Positions 1 through 9,677 of a stretch of DNA of 49,012 bases are shown piece by piece. Within the stretch, counting starts at the first letter, position 1; every line of letters starts with the position of its first letter. This DNA comes from Macrostomum lignano (Eukaryota): contig NIVC01001543.1 of assembly GCA_002269645.1 (NCBI GenBank), positions 1 through 49,012 of the forward strand, read 5' to 3'. Below the pieces are notes generated by a model, which had not been told where the DNA came from, ran no database searches, and saw only the letters and a program-made list of their open reading frames with translations. Made by a program: the position numbers and the translations under genes.

Positions 1-332
1 CACAGTGTGTTGCAGTGGCTGTTGTCTATGGCGCAAGGCCCCTCTGTCACCCCACAGTGTGTTGCAGTGGCTGTTGTCTATGGCCAAGGCCCCTCTGTCA
101 CCCCACAGTTGTTGCAATGACTGCTTATAACCAAGGCTCCTTTCCCATCCCGCAGAGTCTCCAAATACGCCTCTTAGCACTAATAAAACACGCGACTATC
201 TTTTCGCTAAAGAAATGCTTGTAAGCGTTTAACTGCTATAAATAAACTGCAGCAACATTCGCAATCACTGGGCTGTGTAAGAGCCAACGTTTTGCTGATA
301 GTTTAACCGTTGGACTCGCTTATTTCACAGTT

Positions 333-1720
333 ATGTCAAGCACAACACTGCATGCAGTAAGGCGTCACTGGTCCCATTGTGCCAGTGCTGCTAGCCTAGT
401 GATAAGCATGGAAGCCTTTGTTTATGCCTGTCCCTGCCTCTGTTTCCCTGATGCCAATCTGTTCGGGGCTTGAGAATCCCCCCTCCATTGTCTCCCAGCG
501 CTTCAGTTTTTACAGTTCAGGTATTTGCCTTATCGAATCTGATCTGCGAACGCTTCTGGACGTGGAACAGTGCCAACTGCTGTCCTTAGCTCTGGGTACT
601 TTATATGCATACGGAAATCACAAGCCATGCATGCATTGATCTAGACTTCTCCCGGATGCTATTCACGCCAATGAGTGATCTAGACTTCTCCCGGATGCTA
701 TTCACGCCAATGAGTGATCTAGACTTCTCCCGGATGCTATTCACGCCAATGAGTGATCTAGACTTCTCCCGGATGCTATTCACGCCAATGAGTGATCTAG
801 ACTTCTCCCGGATGCTATTCACGCCAATGAGTGATCTAGACTTCTCCCGGATGCTATTCACGCCAATGAGTGATCTAGACTTCTCCGGGATGCTATTCAC
901 GCCAATGAGTGATCTAGACTTCTCCCGGATGCTGTTCACGCCAATGAGTGATCTAGACTTCTCCCGGATGCTATTCACGCCAATGAGTGATCTAGACTTC
1001 TCCCGGATGCTATTCACGCCAATGAGTGATCTAGACTTCTCCCGGATGCTGTTCACGCCAATGAGTGATCTAGACTTCTCCCGGATGCTATTCACGCCAA
1101 TGAGTGATCTAGACTTCTCCCGGATGCTATTCACGCCAATGAGTGATCTAGACTTCTCCCGGATGCTATTCACGCCAATGAGTGATCTAGACTTCTCCCG
1201 GATGCTATTCACGCCAATGAGTGATCTAGACTTCTCCCGGATGCTATTCACGCCAATGAGTGATCTAGACTTCTCCCGGATGCTGTTCACGCCAATGAGT
1301 GATCTAGACTTCTCCCGGATGCTATTCACGCCAATGAGTGATCTAGACTTCTCCCGGATGCTATTCACGCCAATGAGTGATCTAGACTTCTCCCGGATGC
1401 TATTCACGCCAATGAGTGATCTAGACTTCTCCCGGATGCTGTTCACGCCAATGAGTGATCTAGACTTCTCCCGGATGCTATTCACGCCAATGAGTGATCT
1501 AGACTTCTCCCGGATGCTATTCACGCCAATGAGTGATCTAGACTTCTCCCGGATGCTGTTCACGCCAATGAGTGATCTAGACTTCTCCCGGATGCTGTTC
1601 ACGCCAATGAGTGATCTAGACTTCTCCCGGATGCTGTTCACGCCAATGAGTGCCAAACCGCACAATGCTCAAAGAGTGTACATGTCTGAAGGCTGCTGTG
1701 CACACTGTAGACAGACACCA

Positions 1721-1763
<43 letters not shown>

Positions 1764-1790
1764 TACAGACAGACAGACAGACAGACACCA

Positions 1791-1854
<64 letters not shown>

Positions 1855-2858
1855 TTACTGAATAATTCAAGAAAACTCTTTAAAACCTTTAAAAGGTACC
1901 GAGCTCGATTCCGGTTGCAGAACCAACCCCCCCCCCCCCCCGGTTGCACCTTCAGCTAAGCTCACTGCAAGCCAAACTCGGCGGGCTGCTCAAGCACGGG
2001 GCGGTCCGCAGCCGCTGCCCCCGCCGCGGCCTGGCCTACAAGCACGTGGCTGCCCGATGGCATCGGCCGCACTCGCTTGTCGACGACTTCAACCTGCGCC
2101 GACGCCAGCCGGACATTCACGACCAGTGGATGTCGGAGCGCCGCGAACGGCTTAAGCAGCTGGACGAAGCCGTTGAATTCGGCGAAGTCGAACCGGCGGC
2201 GGCGGCGGCGGAGAGCGCCGCCCTGGTGGCCGACATCAGCGGCCTGCCGCGGCGGCTGCGCCGCCGCCTCAACGGCTCGGCGGAGTCCGGCTTCCCACCG
2301 CCGGCCAACGCCCTGGAGGCCGGCCGCGACTACCAGCGGGCCTGCATCGGCCGGTTCGGCGCCGCGGCCACGGGACTCGAACCCTCGGCCTGCTGGCCGG
2401 AACCCGACCAACTGGCCGAGGCCACCGCCAGGGACCGCTGGCTGGAAGGCGATCTGGACGGCTCCGGGCTGGCCGGGATGCTGAGCAGGCGGGCTGAGGC
2501 GGCTGAGGAGCGCCGCAGGCGGCTGGCGGAGCTGGACGCCAGGATTGACGCCGGTCTGGCCCGGATGCCCGAGGAGCTCGCCAAGTTTGAGGCCCGCCAG
2601 GCCAGGGCGCGCCAGGCCAAGGAGGAGGCGGCGGCGGCCAAGCTGGCCGAGCTGGAGGAGGCCAGGGACCACTTCGGCTTCCGGGTTGACGCCCAGGACG
2701 ACAAGTTCATCCGGCTGAAGGAGGCCCGCTCGGAGGAGGCCAAGAAAGAGAAGAAGGCTAAGAAGAAGGCGGAGAAGAAGGCAGAGATGGAGGGCCGGCT
2801 GGTGGAGCGGGTCCGGGAGCAACAGCAAAAGCAGCAGTCCGAGAAACAAGGGGATTAA
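333..2858 (+). CDS. GADD45GIP1: GADD45GIP1/CRIF1 (mitoribosomal mL64), 2 exons: 333-356 and 1956-2858, 308 aa
   Basis: Exon 2 has [24 protein letters not shown]...[11 protein letters not shown]...[17 protein letters not shown] plus a Lys-rich tail, matching the CRIF1 pattern (human [23 protein letters not shown]...AKMPQ...LLGYQVDPRS). Exon 1 (ATG TCA AGC ACA ACA CTG CAT GCA|gtaagg) joins in phase 0 to ttcag|CTA at 1956, giving an Arg-rich N-terminus with few acidic residues, like a mitochondrial presequence. AATAAA at about 2955. Exon 1 is my reconstruction. Confidence 0.85.
638..1651. repeat. 39-bp tandem repeat, 26 copies (GATCTAGACTTCTCCCGGATGCTATTCACGCCAATGAGT), in the CRIF1 intron
   Basis: 1014 bp = 26 x 39; near-identical units with a few A/G variants and no spacers. 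Confidence 0.97.
1709..1856. repeat. (GACA)n microsatellite
   Basis: Directly visible, with a few interruptions (gacaccaagac). Confidence 0.95.
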
Positions 2859-3109
2859 GGACCCGAATACAAAGATTCAAATCAATAATTCAGCTTGTAA
2901 TCCGCTTGCTTGATAAAAATATTGTTGCCAGCAATTTCATGCGCTTGTTAGCAAAATAAAGTTCATTTTGTACTAGTAATTGCTGCTGACTGCTGTCTTG
3001 TCTGTTTATTTATGATGGCGATGGAAAAGGGAAAATGCAGGAAGGCATTGCAGGGATTGTAAATTCAGGGACGGAACGTAGGGGGAGAATGCAGCAATCG
3101 GAAATGCAG

Positions 3110-3700
3110 GGATTGGAAATGTAGGGATCGAAATGTAGGCAGAGGAAATGCAGGATCGGGAATGTAGGGAGAGGGAATGCAGGGATCGGGAATGTAGGGA
3201 GAGGGAATGTAGGGAGAGGGAATGCAGGGATCGGGAATGTAGGGAGAGGGAATGTAGGGAGAGGAATGCAGGGAGAGGGAATGTAGGGAGAGGGAATGTA
3301 GGGAGAGGGAATGTAGGGAGAGGGAATGTAGGGAGAGGGAATGCAGGGATCGGGAATGTAGGGAGAGGGAATGCAGGGATCGGGAATGTAGGGAGAGGGA
3401 ATGCAGGGATCGGGAATGTAGGGAGAGGGAATGCAGGGATCGGGAATGTAGGGAGAGGGAATGCAGGGATCGGGAATGTAGGGAGAGGGAATGCAGGGAT
3501 CGCGAATGTAGGGAGAGGGAATGCAGGGATCGGGAATGTAGGGAGAGGGAATGCAGGGATTGGGAATGTAGGGAGAGGGAATGCAGGGATCGGGAATGTA
3601 GGGAGAGGTAATGCAATGATTGGGAATGTAGGGAGAGGGAATGCAGGGATTGGGAATGTAGGGAGAGGGAATGCAGGGATCGGATATGCTGGGAGGAAAT
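3110..3700. repeat. 30-bp minisatellite of two 15-bp subunits (GGGAATGTAGGGAGAGGGAATGCAGGGATC)
   Basis: Period 30 visible; G-rich on +; boundaries approximate. Confidence 0.93.
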
Positions 3701-4154
3701 GCATATGAAAGGGGAGAATGGCCTGAAAGGGAGGTGGAATAGTTTCTTCGGATACATAGACAGTAAATAGTTAGTTGAAAACACAGTGTTGAGTCGAAGA
3801 AGCATCTTGCATCCTTAACTGCCCTGCTTGCTGAGTGCGGCATCGCGTGTGGCCAGAAATGCAGCCAGTTTGGCTGACCAGCTGACCGCGGTTGAGCCGG
3901 GACTCTCGTCCTTTCTGTATGGGAAACTTGATGACGTGTGTAGAGGAGCAAGCCGTGTTGCATTGTAGCGGAAATGAGTAGCGGTTTGAGTCTGACTGCT
4001 GGCTGCTCTCTTTGTATGAGCCATGAGCATACTTCTGCCAGCGTGAGATCACGTGATGAGATTTGTATTGCTTTGATTCTGTTTGTTAATTCGTTTCTGC
4101 CTGATATTGTTGCAGTCACAATAAGAGGAGTTATGGGATAGCTTTGGCTCACTG

Positions 4155-5412
4155 ATGCCTGCTCTTGGAATTCAATTTCTTGCTTTCTCGGGTGGGATGA
4201 TGGGAATGTGTAGGATGCTGAATGCTCAGGTGGGATGATGGGGAATGTGTAGGATGCTGAATGCTCAGGTGGGATTATGGGGAAGGTGTAGGATGCTGAA
4301 TGCTCAGGTGGGATGATGGGGAAGGTGTAGGATGCTGAATGCTCAGGTGGGATTATGGGGAAGGTGTAGGATGCTGAATGCTCAGGTGGGATTATGGGGA
4401 ATGTGTAGGATGCTGAATGCTCAGGTGGGATTATGGGGAATGTGTAGGATGCTGAATACTCAGGTGGGATTATGGGGAAGGTGTAGGATGCTGAATGCTC
4501 AGGTGGGATTATGGGGAATGTGTAGGATGCTGAATGCTCAGGTGGGATTATGGGGAATGTATAGGATGCTGAATGTTCAGATGGGATGATGGGGAATGTG
4601 TAGGATGCTGAATGCTCAGGTGGGATTATGGGGAATGTATAGGATGCTGAATGCTCAGGTGGGATTATGGGGAATGTATAGGATGCTGAATGTTCAGATG
4701 GGATGATGGGGAATGTATAGGATGCTGAATGCTCAGGTGGGATTATGGGGAATGTATAGGATGCTGAATGTTCAGATGGGATGATGGGGAATGTGTAGGA
4801 TGCTGAATGCTCAGGTGGGATTATGGGGAATGTATAGGATGCTGAATGCTCAGGTGGGATTATGGGGAATGTATAGGATGCTGAATGTTCAGATGGGATT
4901 ATGGGGAATGTATAGGATGCTGAATGCTCAGGTGGGATTATGGGGAATGTGTAGGATGCTGAATGCTCAGGTGGGATTATGGGGAATGTGTAGGATGCTG
5001 AATGCTCAGGTGGGATTATGGGGAATGTGTAGGATGCTGAATGCTCAGGTGGGATTATGGGGAATAAGAAGCCAAATCCCCAGGTGGGATATCTGTAGTC
5101 CATCAAGTGCCCGCGAGTGCTCAAGGGGATATAAATAAAAGCGGTTATTGGAGGCAGTCAAGAGCTGTGGGATATTCTTTTGCGGTCAGACTTAGCCAAT
5201 AATTTGATGGCTCTGAGCCTTTAGTTCAGTCACTGGAGTGCTCAGCTGTCAGAGCGGCCCCGCTCTCGAGTCAAACAGCAGGTCGGCCAGAGCCTGAGCA
5301 GGGAGCGGTTTTGAGAGAGTCGCCAACAAAGGAGAAAGCAGTGGCGTCACGGAGCAGCCTCACTCCAGAATTTTATGAAGATGATCCCTTGGCCATGATG
5401 AAGGGCAACTGA
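4155..5412 (+). CDS. Hypothetical small orphan gene (exons 4155-4191, 5084-5184, possibly 5230-5412)
   Basis: Acceptor ttgcag at 4115, ATG at 4155. A phase-1 intron 4192-5083 spans exactly the 39-bp array, and the frame stays open (MPALGIQFLAFSGGISVVHQ...). An optional 45-nt phase-0 intron 5185-5229 removes the stop at 5200. No homology recognised. Confidence 0.22.
4192..5065. repeat. 39-bp minisatellite (GTGGGATTATGGGGAATGTGTAGGATGCTGAATGCTCAG)
   Basis: Period 39, about 22 copies; the unit can be phased to start with GT and end with CAG. Confidence 0.95.
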
Positions 5413-5840
5413 GGCTGGAAGGCTCCCCGGGATTCATTTCCGGCCCGGGCTCCCTGTCCAAGCGGGCAGGCAGGACACAGAGGGCAATCGCCTTTGCAAA
5501 GAAATCCCCTTTCCTACTGGGGAAGCGCAGCGTTAATTCCTCAAAGCTCTGAAATCTGCTCAAGGCTCGCTATCGATCGATTTTAAACAAATTTTATCGA
5601 TTGTCCATCTTCGAACTCGGTGATGCGAAAATAAAATTAACAGTGGCGATCGGTCTTGGTCGGTTTTTATTAGAATTGTAGTCTGAAACTGTGACTCTCA
5701 AAAAGGTTTTCACAGTAAAGCGGTTCACAGTTGAACGGCAAATTAATTTTATTATCCGCTGCTGGATTTGCTGTCAGGATCGTCAGTCTGGGCTTCCAGA
5801 GATTATATCAAAGCCTTTAATAAGAATCTTTAGGGCCAGC

Positions 5841-6852
5841 TCAGAAGTGCCCGTTCTCCACCGCCAGCCGGCAGTCCTGATACTGGGTGACCAGCTGTCT
5901 CAGGCGCCGCCCGCGAAACTTGTCGTTCAGGGCGCGGTTGAATATCGCGTTGAACTCGTCTGAAATAAATGCTATGCGATGCGATTGCTGACTTCGGATT
6001 TGGTGCCCTTAAAAGGGCCGTTTTATGGCACGTAAGTCAGAGATAACTATGGGAAAAACTAGGGGGCCGTAGCCCAGCGGTAGCGCAGCTGCTCTGGTGT
6101 GCCAGCGACCCAGGCTCGATTTCAAGTGCAGTCACATTAATTTGGGGCTGAATTGGAATCTCGGCTTGGCTCTGCTCGTGCAATTAACGGCCTTGAGAGC
6201 CAACCCCCCAAGGCGCAGTGAAGTGTACATGCCTAACGATAAAATAAAGTTAAGGCCGCTGTACACTCCTGTGTGAGTGTGTGCCTGCGTACGTATCCGC
6301 GCGCTTGTCTGGCTGCTCAGGGGAGTCGGCGAAATGGGCAGTAATGCCTCTCGCCGGTTGTGTGCCTATGTCGCTTAAAGTGCGCCAGGGTGCACACAAC
6401 CCCCTGCCTCTAATAAAAAAAGGGAAAACTACACCTAATCGATTAAGTTTGTGCCCTTGAAAGGGCCGTTTTATGGCACTTGAGTCAGAGAACTCGGAGA
6501 ACAACTACGCCAAATCGTTTTCATTTTTCAACTTTGTGCCCTTAAAGGGCCGTTTTGTGGTAGACAGGATAAAAAATCTAATTAAACGACACGTACAAAG
6601 TAATATTTCCACATATAGAGTTTCTGCTCTAATAGGGCCGTTTTACGGTATACTTCAGAAATTGTTCCACCTACACGCATCAAGATAGCGGCCGAGAATT
6701 TGCTCGGCCATCTGCTTCATCTGGGAGAACGGGTTCCGGCCGCAGATTCGCTGGACGGCAGTCTCGTGAGCGGACACGCCGGTCCAGGTGCCCGAGAGCA
6801 GGCAGAGGGTGGCAGCGAGGAGCAGCATCGCTGAGCGCAGTGGTGCCGACAT
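5841..6852 (-). CDS. Orphan secreted peptide/protein, 2 exons (6852-6675, 5959-5841), 98 aa
   Basis: Spliced product MSAPLRSAMLLLAATLCLLSGTWTGVSA-HETAVQRICGRNPFSQMKQMAEQILGRYLDAYEFNAIFNRALNDKFRGRRLRQLVTQYQDCRLAVENGHF*. Strong donor T|GTAGGT and acceptor tttcag|AC in matching phase 1. Hydrophobic signal peptide, GC-rich codons, ATTAAA at about 5818. Confidence 0.75.
6062..6421 (+). mobile_element. tRNA-derived SINE (possibly composite) in the peptide gene intron
   Basis: Head GGGGGCCGTAGCCCAGCGGTAG (A-box-like) and GGCTCGATTTC (degenerate B box). 3' stem GGTTGTGTGC...GCACACAACC and AATAAAAAAA tail. Imperfect TSD gggaaaa(a)cta at 6051-6061 and 6422-6431. Confidence 0.6.
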
Positions 6853-7744
6853 AATATCAAAATGTGTGGCTTTGGTCTCCGAGCTGGACAAATTCTGGTG
6901 GGGATTCCGTTTTCTGAAATTAATTTGCGCAGCGGGGGCGGAGCGGTGGGAGCGGCAGTCAACTGCGGGGGGGCTGTGTGTTTGTTTGGGATTAATTTGC
7001 TTGGAATTAAGAAAAATCCCTCGTCTAATCTGCAGTGTGTCGAGTGTCTCAGGCCCCCAGTAGCAGCTCAGCTCACCTGTAATTGCCTGGTGCCGAGCGG
7101 GTCCTGTGTTTGCCTTGGCGTGGGAGTGAACGGCTGCTGTCTGATGGACGGTGCCAGCACGGCCCGTGCGCCCGCGGCATCCCCACTTATGGCTGCTGAG
7201 CGCGATGAAGCCGCTTGCCGATTGGCTGCTGCTAGTTGGGGGAATTCAGCCAGTGAAACTTCATCACTTTGCAGCTTCTTGAAGCCGGCAACATGCAAAA
7301 TTGTACACTCTGGTTGGAACCCGAAAATTTACGGACCCCTTGCGTGTGCGCTCAGAAACCTGGTTTCTAAACTAGCAATCTGCGCCCCCCGTTGGGAGGC
7401 AACGATGAAATGAATAATTTTCTTTTTACATAAACTGCATGCCAGGTTTTGACCCTGTACTGTCGCGATTGTTAGTTTCTTCAGTAAGATTATGCTTATG
7501 AATAAAAAACCTGCACGAAAGTCTGCAGCTGTCTAGCCTAAGATATCAGCACCCCTGCGAGCTTTGGCATCAAAGCCTTCCTTTAAGACTTGACCTACCG
7601 TTCTACCAACAACTCCCATTGACCCTTCTCAGCGATTCCGCATGAGCCTTGAGCCACCTAGCATTTCTGAAATCCCCCGTGAGCTCCCCCACGAGTCTTA
7701 GTCTTACATTTTTAGTATATGGATTTGACATGACGATAATTCTT

Positions 7745-8355
7745 TTGTGTGACATGACGCTTCTTTTAGGTTTGACATGACGCTTCAATTTTAGGTTTGG
7801 CATGACGCTTCTTTTAGGATTGACATGACGCTTCTTTTAGGTTTGGCATGACGCTTCTTTTAGGATTGACATGACGCTTCTTTTAGGATTGACATGACGC
7901 TTCTTTTAGGATTGACATGACGCTTCTTTTAGGTTTGACATGACGCTTCTTTTAGGTTTGACATGACGCTTCTTTTATGTTTGACATGACGCTTCTTTTA
8001 GGTTTGACATGACGCTTCAATTTTAGGTTTGGCATGACGCTTCTTTTAGGATTGACATGACGCTTCTTTTAGGTTTGACATGACGCTTCAATTTTAGGTT
8101 TGGCATGACGCTTCTTTTAGGATTGACATGACGCTTCTTTTAGGATTGACATGACGCTTAGTTTGTCTGACATGACGCTTCTTTTAGGTTTGACATGACG
8201 CTTAGTTTGTCTGACATGACGCTTCTTTTAGGGTTGACATGGCGCTTAGTTTGTCTGACATGACGCTTCTTTTAGGGTTGACATGGCGCTTAGTTTGTCT
8301 GACATGACGCTTCTTTTAGGTTTAACATGACGCTTATTTTATGTTTAACATGACA
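7745..8355. repeat. 23-bp minisatellite (GACATGACGCTTCTTTTAGGATT)
   Basis: Period 23 (units at 7868, 7891, 7914). Confidence 0.95.
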
Positions 8356-9084
8356 ATTGTTTTATGGTTGATTTTTGATCTTCGTATATCTATAGATATC
8401 ATATCTACCTAGAGAGACAACTCACTTTTTTAGTATAGTGGACTGTCCAGACCCTAAGCTTAATCCTAATTAATTTCTAAATCCCTTTAAACTTTAAACT
8501 CCGAGTAGCCCAAATTAAACTAAAAGCCTATTAGGGCTTACAAAAAACGAAGCTAAAAAAGCCCTACAAAAACTGACACGGGCTGCATGACCATCCCCAG
8601 ACCAGCCGATACAGACGGGAGACAGCAGGAAATCACGTGTCGCCCCAGCCAAACTGAGCTATAGAAATGCATCCCCCAGTGACACACGTGCTCACGCCAT
8701 GGCCAAACACCTGAATGCAATCAATTACCGATAGCCCTTGCAATTGAATTGCCTCCCAGAGTGTCCCAACATTAGTAACAGCTAATTTGTCAACTGCAGA
8801 TTTCTACAAATATGGGATAATTCTCCCATATCCTGCCGCCCTTTTACAGGCAGATTTTGATGAATAGCGATGAGGCCTGCAGCCCCATAAAATCAGAAAT
8901 CCCCACTCCGGTATCTGATACAGCTGGGATAAAAAAGCAAACAAAACACTGCTTTCCTCCGGTCTCTGCAAACAGAATTGATTTTTGCTGCAATCCCTGC
9001 GAACAGGGAGCCGCTGCGTTCGGAATTCAGATTGATGTGGAATGTGAAATAATGTGCGCAAAATCATCACCTCGGACGTCAGTG

Positions 9085-9465
9085 TACACTGCAGCCACCC
9101 CAAAATCATCAGCTGACACTGCAGCCACCCACCCCAAAATCATCAGCTCTGACACTGCAGCCACCCCAAAATCATCAGCTCTGACACTGCAGCCACACCA
9201 AAATCATCAGCTCTGACACTGCAGCCACACCAAAATCATCAGCTCTGACACTGCAGCCACACCAAAATAATCAGTTCTGACACTGCAGCCACACCAAAAT
9301 CATCAGCTCTGACACTGCAGCCATACCAAAATCATCAGTTCTGACACTGCAGCCACCCCAAAATCATCAGCTCTGACACTGCAGCCACACCAAAATCATC
9401 AGCTCTGACACTGCAGCCACCCCAAACCATCAGCTCTGACACTGCAGCCACACCAAAATCATCAC
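9085..9465. repeat. 32-bp minisatellite (CTGACACTGCAGCCACACCAAAATCATCAGCT)
   Basis: Period 32 (units at 9181, 9213). Confidence 0.95.
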
Positions 9466-9677
9466 AGCCGGTGCACCCAAAAAGAAGAAAAAGTCTGCAA
9501 GCCGAGGCCTCAAAAGCACAATAATTTATCAGAGCACCGACCGCCAGCTCTGCAGCTCCGGTCCTGGCCACAATCGATAGGATTTGTATTCAATTCTTCA
9601 AGCTGGAAGTCGCAGGTCACCCATATCGCATCGTGTTAGAAAATGCAGAAAATGCGGCAACGAATTTTATTGCAGTC

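Noticed and set aside
638-1651. 39-bp array as a CRISPR array
   Set aside because: Units are contiguous with no unique spacers, there are no cas genes, and the context is a eukaryotic intron.
601-1861. Long repetitive ORFs 601-1665 (-) and 605-1861 (+)
   Set aside because: By-products of a stop-free 39-bp (13-codon) unit inside the CRIF1 intron.
1962-2849. Antisense ORFs over CRIF1, and likewise over PES1 (9584-10475, 11585-12190), POLD1 and THOC5
   Set aside because: Shadow ORFs expected opposite GC-rich coding exons; no independent motifs.
3006-5138. 704-aa and other repetitive ORFs (PIPAFPLPTF, SYTFPIIPPEH, MLNAQVGLWG)
   Set aside because: Translations of the 30-bp and 39-bp arrays, whose periods are multiples of 3; no non-repeat coding signal.
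6062-6135. Functional tRNA gene
   Set aside because: The B box is degenerate, no acceptor stem can be closed, and it continues into a body with an A-tail and TSD, so it is SINE-like.
6655-6891. Insulin-like peptide reading of the unspliced ORF (ICG...DACR)
   Set aside because: The second Cys lies beyond a strong GTAGGT donor. The spliced product has Tyr there and lacks insulin Cys spacing and an A chain.
7497-7695. + strand protein-like frame (MNKKPARKSAAV*PKISAP...HES*)
   Set aside because: Two internal stops and no recognisable family; at best a decayed fragment.
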